A stretch of 64,000 bases of DNA, taken from contig OZ024746.1 in the NCBI GenBank assembly GCA_964016885.1, positions 100,936,001-101,000,000 on the forward strand. The letters are read 5' to 3'. Positions 26,960 to 40,826 of the stretch are shown piece by piece. The position numbers were made by a program, and so were the translations under genes. Position 1 is the stretch's first letter. The number at the start of each line of letters is the position of its first letter. The notes below the pieces were generated by a model that had not been told where the DNA came from, did not search any database, and saw only the letters and a program-made list of their open reading frames with translations. The stretch comes from Eledone cirrhosa (taxonomy: Eukaryota).

Positions 26960-27270
26960 CATGGCACCAGCACTACTTCCGTACAGGGAGGACTGGGTGC
27001 ATTTTATTATAACACCAGCATTACCAGCTTAAAGAGGTGGACTTGGTGCACCTTATCGTGACACCAGCACTACCACCTTACGGGGTGGACTGGGTGCACT
27101 TTATCATGACACCAGCACTACCACCTTACAAGGTGGACTGGGTGCATTTTATCATGACACCAGCACTACCACCTTACGGGGTGGACTGGGTGCACTTTAT
27201 CATGACACCAGCACTACCACCTTACAAGGTGGACTGGGTGCATTTTATCGTGACACCTGCACTACTTCAT
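26960..27270. repeat. About 45-bp tandem repeat (about 7 copies) derived from the RTE/SINE 3'UTR module
   Basis: Unit contains GTGGACTGGGTGC, as in the LINE 3'UTR module; alternating variants give a 90-bp dimer. Confidence 0.85.
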
Positions 27271-27649
27271 TACACTTGGGTACTCAGTGTGTCAGGTTAG
27301 AGAGGTGTGAGTAAGGGTGTGTAAAAAATGAAAGAACTCTAGACTATAAGCTGCCAAAAATATGAAAACATTCCTACTAACAATTTTTCATTGATATTTT
27401 GTGTTATAATTTTAATTTTAATATTTTGCAGCAGTATATATTGTATTCATATGCAATGTTAGAAAATTGAATCAATTTAATTTGCACAGTTTTTTCTCTT
27501 GAAACATTCATAATTCCTTTGAAATACATTGTTTAATAATCTTTTGTTGGCACCCGTTTGTATATCCAGCAGCTACTTAACTCCCCTTTTCTCCTTATAG
27601 CATCCATTAGTAATCAATGATATCTGTAAACATGTTTAACTCTTTACAG

Positions 27650-27754
27650 GCTATTTACCTGGTAGACCAGTATATAGTGGAGTTGCCATTCTTAACAATA
27701 CATTTCTCTTTGTTGACCAAAATTCATCTCAACAAATATCTGTTTGGAATCCAG
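27650..27754 (+). CDS. TCTN2: Tectonic gene exon (GYLPGRPVYSG...ISVWNP)
   Basis: TTTACAG acceptor, CAG/GTATGT donor; completes the RSGNPGYxxGxP tectonic motif across an 11-kb intron. Confidence 0.95.
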
Positions 27755-27779
27755 GTATGTTCATTTTATTATGACTATG

Positions 27780-27945
27780 AGAGGGCAGTTAATTGGCACT
27801 GTTGTTACTTAGTAGTATTTGTTTTAGGTTTTTACTTTCTGAGTTCAAATCCTGCCACAGTCTTGCCTTTCAAACTTATGGGGTTGATAAAGTAAAGTAC
27901 CAGATATGTACTGGGGTTGATTTAATTGACTTTATCTCCTCCTCC
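27780..27945 (+). mobile_element. Degenerate family A SINE
   Basis: TTCTGAGTTCAAATCCTGCC...TTGCCTTTCA...GATAAAGTAAAGTACCAG. Confidence 0.75.
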
Positions 27946-29082
27946 TTTGAATCATCATTTTTACATCAATTTTTCCATTCTGGCAAGAGTTCAACAAGAC
28001 TTTTTGAAGCAATGTTTTTCACTCAGAAGCCCTTCTTGATAGCAACCCTTTTAGTTGCTTCTTATGACACACCTCATACACATGTCTTCAACAATAGAAT
28101 TTACATCTCAATGTTTTTCAACCTGGGAGTAGAAAACACTCTTTTATTTAGTTCATTTTTTGGTCACCATATGAGGATTTGTCTTAGAAAGAAATGATGA
28201 CATTGAAGCAATAATGATTTTGTCCTTAGTTTTTACAGTATTATTTCAACTGAATTATTCAAAATGTAAGCTGGACAACCTATGAAAATTAACGGTCCCT
28301 TCAACTGCTTCTTTAAATTTGAAAATGCCATCTTTCTTTTCTATGACTTTGTCAACCAAACATAGTATTACAATTCTCATTAGCGAATGCAATAAACTTT
28401 TAAAAATTAAATCATGTTTTACAAGAATATTCTTGGTGTATACTTTAATACTTTCAGTAGAGTTTATGTGCTTGGGAAGTTCATTAGTTATAATTGCTTT
28501 CTACCAGTTGATGTGTGATAAGAAGGAATGTTTCCACTGAACTTTAGTTGCTCCCAACTGTATCAGTAAATATGGCAATAATAAACAATTTTATTTTCAT
28601 TTAATTATTTTAGTGATTTGTACACTCTCTGTAAAGTGGTTGGTGATAGGAAAGAGTATCCAGCCACAGAAAATTTGCCAAACAAGCTGGACATTGACAA
28701 AAGAGTCATTACTAACAAACCCTAAATTTGAATCATTCTAGAATGTGCCTGTTTCTGCTGGATGATTGCCCAAAAGGCATATAGAACCAACTGCTGGACA
28801 ACTCTTAGGGTTATTGGATAGGGTTCATGCTGCAAAAAAGGTTTTACTATAAATAGGAGGTAGATTTCTGTATAAAATGTCCAGAAGCCACAGCCTATCA
28901 GAACTCTGAGTAGTGTTGCAGTATAAAAGATACTGTTTTACTATGGCCATTACATTCATTCTTGCAGATGACCTGGAACAAGATCTATCTGGACAAACAA
29001 GAGACTTTCAAAGGTGAAGTACGCAAACACAGTGAACCAATCCATAAATACAGGACATAAAACAAACAGAAAATAAGAATGT

Positions 29083-29798
29083 TTTAACCCGTTTGTTACA
29101 AAACCACATGAAACTGGGTTTAACATACAACACTGTTCAATTTAAAATGTTTGTACTTATATTAAAATCTTCTAACATAGTCTTATTATAGAAGCTAGCA
29201 GAAAACCACCCATGTAGTGTGCATATTGATATTATATGCAAATATATATGGATGTAGATATATGTCAAATAAAATGGTAATTGAGAACATTACAGAAATT
29301 GAAGAGAGACTGTGTTACACTGTCTTCTGTAATCAGTAACGTAATCCATGATACATTTAAAAAAGACAATATTATATATAAACTGCATTACAATGAAATT
29401 TTATGAAAACGAAAAAGGAGAAAATTAGCGATGTGATATAGTGTCATAACCAGAAGTATTGACATTTGAAAATTTTAAAAGAAGTGAATCTTGAAATAAC
29501 AATCATTATATATAAAATTATTTATATTTAATCAAGAGTTACGAAATTTAGTACATAAATTATGTAATATTCATTCATTATTTATTCAAAGTAATCCAAC
29601 TTATTTTACAAACGGGGAAAAAAAATATATATATTCAGGATACAGTCCCGCACTCCTCTCTTTATTATGATTTAGAGATTGTTGTTAAGTAATGTTTTAA
29701 ATATAATCTTTTAATTCTTCTAATTGTTTAGTTATTTTCAAAATTAATTGAACGATATCAGTGTATTTCATTAGAAATATGGTAATGGAAGGGTTTAA
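29083..29798. mobile_element. TTAA-flanked non-autonomous DNA element (piggyBac-like MITE) hosting a Helitron
   Basis: Starts TTAACCCGTTTGTTAC, ends GGTAATGGAAGGGTTTAA; a related segment lies in reverse orientation at about 48520-48702. Confidence 0.5.
29195..29670 (-). mobile_element. Non-autonomous Helitron (family copy 2, SINE-free)
   Basis: Colinear with 2590-3579 minus the SINEs; same TC and CTAG termini; hairpin partly deleted. Confidence 0.8.
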
Positions 29799-29947
29799 TC
29801 GAAATTTAAGTATATCTCTATATAATTGTTTATAGGTTCTATTATGGCAGTTTTGTATTCATTTATAATTTACAGAAACATTTTATTTCAACTCATAAAA
29901 AATTGTAAATTTAATATTTAATGATAAATGAATTTTAATTATTTTAG

Positions 29948-30059
29948 TTCCTTCTGGCATTTGTGATTTGGGTCATAAAAGACGGATTATGTTTGGTGAA
30001 AATATTTATTCCAGTTGTTTTTTTCCTGTGAAACAACTTAATAATTGTCAAACATTAAG
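29948..30059 (+). CDS. TCTN2: Tectonic gene exon (VPSGICDLGHKRRIMFGENIYSSC...CQTL)
   Basis: TTTTAG acceptor, AAG/GTGAG donor, phase 1 to phase 2; C...I.FGEN..S.C tectonic motif. Confidence 0.93.
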
Positions 30060-31016
30060 GTGAGATATAAATTATGTTAATTTCTTGCTTTATTTCAGGT
30101 GGTCATTTTGCCAATAGAAACACCTGTATTATTGATTTTCTCTTCACCTCTATTATTTGTTAGTTTTTCAAAGTTCTTTCGTCACACATTCTGTGACTTT
30201 CTCAATGACAATTGTTCTCTGTATCTCCTCTTTTTGTTTTTTTAATCCATCTTAATCTTCCAAAACAAGTACATATGTTAATTTCATTTTTATTCAAAAT
30301 TAGCAAATACAATTTTTTCCATTTATTATTAAATAAAATGATAAAAAATAAAAAAAGTTTAATATGGTCAACGAAATTTCAATTTCATGTTTTTCCAAAC
30401 ATTCTTCTGCAAAATGCTTAACAAACCTTCAGTTAAAGGAAATAACTCTTAATTAATATCTAAAAATGGGTTTGTTAATTCAAATATTTATAGTATCCTT
30501 ACTGGTGGGAAAATTGTTGTAAAAAAATTGCAATTTTTAGTATGATGCAGTCATAGTGCTGTTTTGTACTTTTCAGAATGCCTTGCTAATGTGGTTTCAT
30601 GGGATATATTACATTAAGAGTTAACAGATGTCATTGCCAGTAACATATCACATTAATATATATATTATGAGAAAATATCTTAATATGTGACAACCTGTCT
30701 AACCCATGGAAAATAGATGTTAAACACTGATGATGATTTTCATTCCTCCTTATTACTTACAACTTAGACAGCTTGCAACAGACATGTACTACGACAAGGG
30801 CATGATACCCGCATCCCCTTCACAACCAACAATATAAACTCTCCTTACATATGAACAACTAAAACGCTTACAGTCATTACAAATGCTTCATATTACAACC
30901 TCTGATGATCTTTCATAATGTCCCTATATAAGATTGATGACTGTATTCTAGAAGAAGTCTTCTTTACAGCCAGAAAATATTTGCTGTGATCAGTTGCTAA
31001 ACCTGAAGTATGATTA

Positions 31017-34000
31017 ACACAGGAGTACTGCTCACATAACTAAGACAACTCTACATAGGAGTACTGCTCACATAACTAAGACAACTCTACACAGGAGTAC
31101 TGCTCACATAACTAAGACAACTCTACACAAGAGTACTGCTCACATAACTAAGACAACTCTACACAGGAGTACTGCTCACATAACTAAGACAACTCTACAC
31201 AGGAGTACTGCTCACATAACTAAGACAACTCTACATAGGAGTACTGCTCACATAACTAAGACAACTCTACACAGGAGTACTGCTCACATAACTAAGACAA
31301 CTCTACACAGGAGTACTGCTCACATAACTAAGACAACTCTACACAGGAGTACTGCTCACATAACTAAGACAACTCTACACAAGAGTACTGCTCACATAAC
31401 TAAGACAGCTCTACACAGGAGTACTGCTCACATAACTGAGACAACTTTACACAGGAGTACTGCTCACATAACTAAGACAACTCTACACAGGAGTACTGCT
31501 CACATAACTAAGACAACTCTACCTAGGAGTACTGCTCACATATCTAACACAACTCTACCTAGGAGTACTGCTCACATATCTAACACAACTCTACCTAGGA
31601 GTACTGCTTACATAACTAAGACAACTCTACACAGAAGTACTGCTCGCATAACTAAAACAACTCTACCTAGGAGTACTGCTCACATAACTAAGACAACTCT
31701 ACACAGGAGTACTGCTCACATAACTAAGACAACTCTACACAGGAGTACTGCTCACATAACTAACACAACTCTACACAGGAGTACTGCTCACATAACTAAG
31801 ACAACTCTACCTAGGAGTACTGCTCACATAACTAACACAACTCTACCTAGGAGTACTGCTCACATAACTAAGACAACTCTACACAGGAGTACTGCTCACA
31901 TAACTAAGACAACTCTACCTAGGAGTACTGCTCACATAACTAAGACAGCTCTACCTAGGAGTACTGCTCACATGACTAAGACAGCTCTACACAGGAGTAC
32001 TGCTTAAATAACTAAGACAACTCTACCTAGGAGTACTGCTCACATCACTAAGACAACCCTGCCTAGGAGTACTGCTCACATAACTAAGACAACTCTACCT
32101 AGGAGTACTGCTCACATAACTAAGACAGCTCTACCTAGGAGTACTGCTCACATAACTAAGACAACTCTACACAGGAGTACTGCTCACATAACTAAGACAA
32201 CTCTACCTAGGAGTACTGCTCACATAACTAAGACAGCTCTACCTAGGAGTACTGCTCACATAACTAAGACAACTCTACACAGGAGTACTGCTCACATAAC
32301 TAACACAACTCTACACAGGAGTACTGCTCACATGACTAAGACAACTCTACCTAGGAGTACTGCTCACATAACTAAGACAGCTCTACACAGGAGTACTGCT
32401 TACATAACTAAGACAACTCTACCTAGGAGTACTGCTCACATAACTAAGACAACTCTACACAGGAGTACGGCTCACATAACTAAGACAACTCTACACAGGA
32501 GTACTGCTCACATAACTAAGACAACTCTACCTAGCAGTACTGCTCACATAACTAACACAACTCTACCTAGGAGTACTGCTCACATAACTAAGACAACTCT
32601 ACACAGGAGTACTGCTCACATAACTAAGACAACTCTACACAGGAGTACTGCTCACATAACTAAGACAACTCTACATAGGAGTACTGCTCACATAACTAAG
32701 ACAACTTTACACAGGAGTACTGCTCACATAACTAAGACAACTCTACACAGGAGTACTGCTCACATAACTAAGACAACTCTACATAGGAGTACTGCTCACA
32801 TAACTAAGACAACTTTACACAGGAGTACTGCTCACATAACTAAGACAACTCTACACAGGAGTACTGCTCACATAACTAAGACAACTCTACACAGGAGTAC
32901 TGCTCACATGACTAAGAGAGCTCTACCTAGGAGTACTGCTCACATAACTAAGACAACTCTACCTAGGAGTACTGCTCACATAACTAATACAACTCTACCT
33001 AGGAGTACTGCTCACATAACTAAGACAACTCTACACAGGAGTACAGCTCACATAACTAAGACAACTCTACACAGGAGTACTGCTCACATAACTAAGACAG
33101 CTCTACACAGGAGTACTGCTCACATAACTAAGACAACTTTACACAGGAGTACTGCTCACATAACTAAGACAGCTCTACACAGGAGTACTGCTCACATAAC
33201 TAAGACAACTCTACCTAGGAGTACTGCTCACATAACTAAGACAGCTCTACCTAGGAGTATTGCTCACATATCTAAGACAACTCTACACAGGAGTACTGCT
33301 CACATAACTAAGACAACTCTACACAGGAGTACTGCTCACATAACTAAGACAACTCTACCTAGGAGTACTGCTCACATAACTAAGACAGCTCTACCTAGGA
33401 GTATTGCTCACATATCTAAGACAACTCTACACAGGAGTACTGCTCACATAACTAAGACAACTCTACACAGGAGTACTGCTCACATGACTAAGAGAGCTCT
33501 ACCTAGGAGTACTGCTCACATAACTAAGACAACTTTACACAGGAGTACTGCTCACATAACTAAGACAACTCTACACAGGAGTACTGCTCACATGACTAAG
33601 AGAGCTCTACCTAGGAGTACTGCTCACATAACTAAGACAACTCTACCTAGGAGTACTGCTCACATAACTAACACAACTCTACCTAGGAGTACTGCTCATA
33701 TAACTAAGACAACTCTACACAGGAGTACTGCTCACATAACTAAGACAACTCTACACAGGAGTACTGCTCACATAACTAAGACAACTCTACACAGGAGTAC
33801 TCCTCACATAACTAAGACAACTCTACCTAGGAGTACTGCTCACATAACTAAGACAACTCTACCTAGGAGTACTGCTCACATAACTAAGACAGCTCTACCT
33901 AGGAGTACTGCTCACATAACTAAGACAACTCTACACAGGAGTACTGCTCACATAACTAAGACAACTCTACCTAGGAGTACTGCTCACATAACTAAGACAA

Positions 34001-35573
34001 CTCTACACAGGAGTACTCCTCACATAACTAAGACAACTCTACCTAGGAGTACTGCTCACATAACTAACACAACTCTGCCTAGGAGTACTGCTCACATAAC
34101 TAAGACAACTCTACCTAGGAGTACTGCTCACATAACTAAGACAGCTCTACCTAGGAGTACTGCTCACATAACTAAGACAACTCTACACAGGAGTACTGCT
34201 CACATAACTAAGACAACTCTACCTAGGAGTACTGCTCACATAACTAAGACAGCTCTACCTAGGAGTACTGCTCACATAACTAAGACAACTCTACACAGGA
34301 GTACTGCTCACATAACTAACACAACTCTACACAGGAGTACTGCTCACATGACTAAGACAACTCTACCTAGGAGTACTGCTCACATAACTAAGACAGCTCT
34401 ACACAGGAGTACTGCTTACATAACTAAGACAACTCTACCTAGGAGTACTGCTCACATAACTAAGACAACTCTACACAGGAGTACTGCTCACATAACTAAG
34501 ACAGCTCTACACAGGAGTACTGCTCACATAACTAAGACAGCTCTACACAGGAGTACTGCTCACATAACTAAGACAGCTCTACCTAGGAGTATTGCTCACA
34601 TATCTAAGACAACTCTACACAGGAGTACTGCTCACATAACTGAGACAACTTTACACAGGAGTACTGCTCACATAACTAAGACAACTCTACACAGGAGTAC
34701 TGCTCACATGACTAAGAGAGCTCTACCTAGGAGTACTGCTCACATAACTAAGACAACTCTACCTAGGAGTACTGCTCACATATCTAACACAACTCTACCT
34801 AGGAGTACTGCTCACATAACTAAGACAACTCTACACAGGAGTACTGCTCACATAACTAAAACAACTCTACCTAGGAGTACTGCTCACATATCTAAGACAA
34901 CTCTACACAGGAGTACTGCTCACATAACCAAAACAACTCTACCTAGGAGTACTGCTCACATAACTAAGACAACTCTACACAGGAGTACTGCTCACATAAC
35001 TAAAACAACTCTACCTAGGAGTACTGCTCACATAACTAACACAACTCTACCTAGGAGTACTGCTCACATATCTAAGACAACTCTACACAGGAGTACTGCT
35101 CACATAACCAAAACAACTCTACATAGGAGTACTGCTCACATAACTAAGACAGCTCTACCTAGGAGTACTGCTCACATAACTAAGACAGCTCTACCTAGGA
35201 GTACTGCTCACATAACTAAGACAACTCTACACAGGAGTACTGCTCACATAACTAAAACAACTCTACCTAGGAGTACTGCTCACATAACTAAAACAACTCT
35301 ACCTAGGAGTACTGCTCACATAACTAACACAACTCTACCTAGGAGTACTGCTCACATATCTAAGACAACTCTACGCAGGAGTACTGCTCACATAACCAAA
35401 ACAACTCTACCTAGGAGTACTGCTCACATAAGACAACTCTACACAGGAGTACTGCTGACATAACTAAGACAACTCTACACAGGAGTACTGCTCACATAAC
35501 TAAGACAACTCTACACAGGAGTACTGCTCACATATCTAAGACAACTCTACACAGGAGTACTGCTCACATAACT
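31017..35573. repeat. Minisatellite, 36-bp unit ACAGGAGTACTGCTCACATAACTAAGACAACTCTAC, about 126 copies
   Basis: Direct periodicity; accounts for the 1043-aa ORF. Confidence 0.98.
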
Positions 35574-35777
35574 CTCCCGTTACACAAACATTGTAAACCA
35601 CTCGATAAAGATGCACTCATTAATACACTACAACCAGTAGCTCACAGTCGTACAATTTATTGTCTGCTCTTTCTTAAACTCTATTGTGTCTTGCCTTCTA
35701 GATCTCATCCTAAAAAAACATTTCTACACTGAATTGCAACCTTCTCAAATGCCCAATTCCAACATTTTCTCTGAATA

Positions 35778-37625
35778 TCATCATCATCATCATCATCATC
35801 TTCGTTTAACATCCATCTTCCACGCTAGCATGGGTTAGACGGGAGTTGTCCCACTTGAGCCACTTGAGGCAAGGTTTGTCAGGTGATCGTATCTTGCTCA
35901 TATAGGACTATCTGGCAGATTTTCTACGGCTAGATGCCCTTCCTAACACCAACCACATTTACAGTGTGGACTGGGAGGTTTTTACCATCTTACCTACACA
36001 GCCACATTACAGTGTGGACTGTGTGTTTTTTTTGTCATAACACCTACATGATCTCAATCTCATTATCTCATTTATTTGGACTGGATGTTGTGGTACCAAC
36101 TTTACAGAGAGAGAGTAGGAGTAGTGGATTGAGGTGTATATTTGGTTAGGAGGTGCCTACTGACTGTAGGTTTTGCTTTGTAGATAGGCAAGGTGGGTCT
36201 TCTGTATTACTGCGTAGCGGCAAAGATCTCGGTCCAGTAACATTGTCTTAGAGAGGTGTAAGTGTGTGAGGTCAGAATTTATCAGATCGTCCCAGGTTTT
36301 TCTGGTTCTACCTACTCCGTAGCTACCGTCTATCTTTATTGCCCTGCACTTTGTTATACAGCTGTCGTCTTTCATGCGCATCACGTGACCATACCAACAT
36401 AGTCTTCTCTCAAGTAAACAGCATCTGATCCCTCTTATTCCTAATTTCTCACTTAGTTCATTTATGCTTTGCCGTTCACGTATATTACTATTACACATCC
36501 AACGGAGCATGCATGCTTCGTTCCTCTCCAGTCTGCGCAGGTCCTCTGCACACAATGCCCGTGTCTCACTGACATGTAACATCACTGTTCGTATACAGGC
36601 ATCATACAGCCTGCCTTTCATTTTTAGAGAGAAACCTTTAGTGGCCAACAGCAGAATAAGCTCTCTGAACTTTTTCCATCCCGTTCTGACTCTGGCTACT
36701 GTACTTTCAGAGCACCTCCACCACTGCTGATTTTGTCACCCTGGTAACGGAAAGTGTCCACTATTTATATAGAACCATCTGAGCAATAGAAGGAGCACTT
36801 GTGGGCACTTGCTACTTATTGTACCTGAGCATCGGCCACATATAAAATCTATGTTTAAATAGTTTACCTGTGATCCCACTACATCTTTTATGTACCCATA
36901 GTTTGCATTTGGGACAAAATGGAATTTCTGCCTACTCCTTTCCTACACACTGAGAATGGCCATTTCCCTGAGGGCACATGTGTCCTATTTTCCTTTCTAC
37001 AAACTAGAACTTTAGTCTTAGACAAGTTAACTTTAAGGCCTTTTGATTCTAGGCCATGCTTCCATGTTTGGAATTTCTTCTCTAGTTCAGCAATAGATTC
37101 AGCTATGAGAGTTAGATCATCTGCGCATAGGAGTTCCCATGGGCAGCCGGTCTTAAATTCCTCTGTTATAGCCTGAAGGGCAATAATAAATAGGAGGGGA
37201 CTAAGGACAGAGCCCTGATGAACACCAACTTTTACACTAAATTCTTCACAATACTCATTGTTAATTCTAACCTTACTGACTTTTTCTTTATACATAGCTT
37301 GTATAGCTCTCACAAGCCATTCATCTACACCTAGTTTTCTAAGAGTCCACCAGATAATGGAGCGGGGGGACTCTGTCAAAGGATTTCTCCAGGTCTACAA
37401 AAGCTAAGTAGAGGGGTTTACTTTTAGCTAGGTACTTCTCCTGTAGTTGTCGTATAAGGAAAAGAGCGTCTGTAGTACTTTTACCAAACTGCATTTCATC
37501 TAGATCAATTCGCTCTCTGATTAGTTGCGCTATAACTCTTTCTGTGACCTTCATGACCTGGTCAACTAACTTAATGCCTCTATAGTTTCCCCTATCTAGA
37601 GCATCCCCTTTACCCTTGTAGTATA
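35778..37625 (-). mobile_element. 5'-truncated, frameshifted RTE LINE (RT domain to 3' tail)
   Basis: AFVDLEKSFDRVP, GVHQGSVLSPLLF and ELLCADDL RT motifs; (CAT)n tail at 35778-35800. Confidence 0.95.
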
Positions 37626-37975
37626 TATTGACCTATATCTATGCTAGCTATCAACTTCATCAATTTTGCCAATCTGAAAAATTATGAACAATGATTATTC
37701 CATTGGCTAATAATAATTTTAAAAGAGGAAACCCTTGCCTATATTATTTTTAATTACTTCTTCAACAAGAGGACAATATACTCCATCAAAGATGGGGTCT
37801 TTTGATTTGCTTGTATTGCATTTCTAACAGTAACATCTGTCAACTTCCAACTGAACTGCCACTACAATATAGCCTCATAGAATATGAGTTTTTTCTTTAA
37901 ATTACATTCTTTATATTTTTTTCTACTAGAATATAAAATTATTTTTTTCTTCATTTCCTACATTCTATTTATTAG

Positions 37976-38080
37976 AAAAGATGTTCTGAATGTGCTGAAC
38001 CAGATGGTACCAGCTGATAGAATTGGACGTTATGGAAATAGTCATGCAAAGATAAAATCCCATTGGATCAAAATACTTAG
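37976..38080 (+). CDS. TCTN2: Tectonic gene exon (KDVLNVLNQMVPADRIGRYGNS...WIKIL)
   Basis: ATTAG acceptor, TAG/GTAAT donor, phase 2 to phase 2; 'IG.YGNS......WI.I' motif. Confidence 0.93.
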
Positions 38081-38486
38081 GTAATCCTATCAGATTTTTC
38101 TACTGATAATGATTAATTTATTTTAGATCAAGAAAACAAACATTTATTTAAGAACAGTAATACAAAAACACTCTTCTTTTGCTTTTTTTTTCTTAGTTTT
38201 TATATATATGCATATACATATGTTAACACGTATCTGAGGAGCTTCCGATTCCAGAGTCAGGTTCGATCATTAAACAATCGTTCCTCGAGCTGATCGACAG
38301 TGAAACATATGTAATTAGATATGTATATGATGCAACACTGATTCTTTGTTCCCTTATATATTAATATTGATACTCTGCTCCCCACGAGCATTGAGTGCTC
38401 GTTTGGCATACTGCCTACGGACGCAATTAATTTGCACCTTTAATACCTATATATCATCATATATATATCATCATATATATATAAAA

Positions 38487-38700
38487 GGCGTGTGGCTGAG
38501 TGGTTAGAGAATTGGATTTGCAATCATAAGGTTGTGAGTTCGATTCCTGGACCGGGTGATGCGTTATGTCCTTGAGCAAGACACTTTATTTCACGTTGCT
38601 CCTTCTACCTGGAGTTGCGACCGATAGATAGTATTAGCAACTGGAAAGACCAACGGAAACATTGTTCCCTCGGTCCGATTTGACAAAAGTTGATCGTTCC
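38487..38700 (+). mobile_element. tRNA-derived CORE-like SINE (family B)
   Basis: A-box TGGCTGAGTGG, B-box GAGTTCGATTCC, CORE-like CCTTGAGCAAGACACTT; near-identical inverted copy at 49403-49616. Confidence 0.9.
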
Positions 38701-38900
38701 TTTTATATATAGAGAGAGAGAAAGAGAGAGAGTATGAGTCATACAATAGTGTTGGTAATTAACTAACATATTTTACCAAATATATATATATGGTAAAAAG
38801 ACTGTGTAAATGTGTATAAAATTGACACGCTTTAGTACATTGCCATGGAAACATACCAAATTTACATATTTCTCTGTAAATTGAAAAATGATAAATATGA

Positions 38901-39337
38901 GGCACATGGCTTAGTGGTTAGAGCATTGGCCTTGCAATCGAAAGGTTGTGAGTTCAATTCTCAGACCGAGTGATGGGTTGTTTCCTTGAGCAAGACACTT
39001 TATTTCACATTGCTCCAGTTTACTCAGCTGTAGAAATGAGATGATAGGGACTGGGGTCCTTATCATTCCACTGCAAAGTGGTCGTGGAGGTGACACAGCA
39101 AAAAAGCACCCAGCCCACACTGTAAAGTGGTTGTGGAGGTGCCACAGAAAAAAGCACCCAGCACTCACTGTAAAGTGGTCGTGGAGGTGCCACGGAAAAA
39201 AGCACCCAGCACTCACTGTAAATGAGGTTGGTGTTAGGAAGGGCATCCAGCTGTAGAAATCAAGCCAGAATCAGTTCCTGTCCCACCCTTGCAAGCAGGG
39301 AAAAGTGGACGTAAAATGAAATGATGATGATGATGAT
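38901..39337 (+). mobile_element. Composite SINE: tRNA/CORE-like head plus RTE 3'UTR tail
   Basis: Same head as 38487; tail has repeated AAAAGCACCCAGC...CACTGTAAA modules and a (GAT)n end like the RTE LINE. Confidence 0.88.
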
Positions 39338-39522
39338 CTTTAATTGATTTTCGAATTTAATTGGGTTCTCATGAGAAGACATGTATATCCTCTAAAAAAC
39401 TGCAATACTTAACTGAAGGAGGCCTTATATACTCATTTATAGTTGTAATTTAATCTTACTTAGGCTATTTTTCATATATAAATTATGAAACTAAATGATG
39501 AATAACATGTTTTCCATTGCAG

Positions 39523-39753
39523 GCAAAATATCAGTAGACTATTTTCTGATAGCAAACATCCCACTACAAATATTAATGATAATTTTAACCAAACCTATAT
39601 TAATCATAGCACATTAAGTGCTACTCAAAGCACAAAGTTTGAAAGCAGTTCTTGTGATTTACTACCAGTTGGTATTAACTTGAATATTATGTATGCTCAT
39701 ACTGGTTATGTTCATGGCGCAGTGATCCACGAAATTATTGGAGCAAAAATGAG
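39523..39753 (+). CDS. TCTN2: Tectonic gene exon (QNISRLFS...CDLLPVGINLNIMYAHTG...EIIGAKM)
   Basis: TTGCAG acceptor, GAG/GTAAAG donor, 231 nt open, phase 2 to phase 2; C..P..L.I.YA..G....EI.GA motif. Confidence 0.93.
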
Positions 39754-40229
39754 GTAAAGTTCAAGTTTTTTTTTTTTACATTTTACTTAATTAATTTAAG
39801 TAGCAGTCATCTGTTATAGCTGAGCCAGTGAAAACAAACACGTACTACATTTGTTGTTAACAAAGGCTATGAACTACTCAGATAGCTGAAAATAAGTGAC
39901 ATATTTGCTGTGAAAGTAAGTGGTTGTATAGTTAAAAGATATATTAGTTCCCATAAATGGGAAAACAAAGACTCCATGACAACCGAAGAGAAAGGAATGA
40001 GTTTACTAAGATCTGTTGCATGATAAATATAAATGTCAGAGAAAAATTATTATAGCATACATAAGAAATTCCTTGGAGTTGTGTAAATAAAATATAGAAT
40101 GAAAATGTCTTAGAGTAAACTTTACAAGGGTGTCTTTCCTATCACCAATCACTTTATACTGGGTGCAGTATTTGTGACACCACTAGTTGTATATATATAC
40201 ACACATAAACAGCCTAAGTTCATTTTACA

Positions 40230-40553
40230 TAAGACATTTACCAAGTATAGATGAGTTGAGAAAGAAACTGGGTATAAGAGGGATAAGTTGTGGTGTGCAG
40301 GAGAGATGGTATGGACATGTGATGTGCATGGAGGATGACCGATGGGTGAAGAAGTGCCAGGAAGTCCCAGTGGAGGGAAGACAGTAGAGATAGACCACGA
40401 AAAACAGGTGGAGGTGGTGAGAGCAGACCTCAGATCGCTGAAACTCACGAAGGAGATGACGAAGGACCGTGACGGGTGGAGAGATGCTGTGCTGAATAGG
40501 ACCCGTCGAACCCTTGCAAGCAGGGAAAAGCGGACGTAAAATGATGATGATGA
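40230..40553 (+). mobile_element. RTE LINE 3' fragment (short-3'UTR subfamily)
   Basis: ELRKKLGIRGISCGVQE.WYGHV peptide; ends GGACGTAAAATGATGATGA. Confidence 0.85.
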
Positions 40554-40641
40554 TTTACAATGAACCACATATTTTGAATACTGCAATGCTCAAAAAGAAT
40601 TTTCGTGCCAATTCATCATCTTCCCTACTCTCATAATTATC

Positions 40642-40826
40642 GGTGGATTGGCAGTATCGGTAGAGGGTCGGATGCCATGCTTTCCAGCATAGTTACGTCC
40701 CTTTACGATCTGAGTTCAAATCCCGCCGAGGTTGACTTTGCCTTTCATCCTTACGGGGTCGATAAAATAAAGTACCAGTAATGCACTGGATAATTGCTGG
40801 CCTTGTGCCTAAAGTAGAAACAATTA
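40642..40826 (+). mobile_element. Family A SINE, full length
   Basis: Matches 3301-3488. Confidence 0.9.

Noticed and set aside
32332-35463. 1043-aa mucin-like protein
   Set aside because: Minisatellite translation; the ATG is a repeat variant; no signal peptide or splice sites.
38487-38565. Functional tRNA gene
   Set aside because: No acceptor stem; it continues into a SINE body with dispersed copies.
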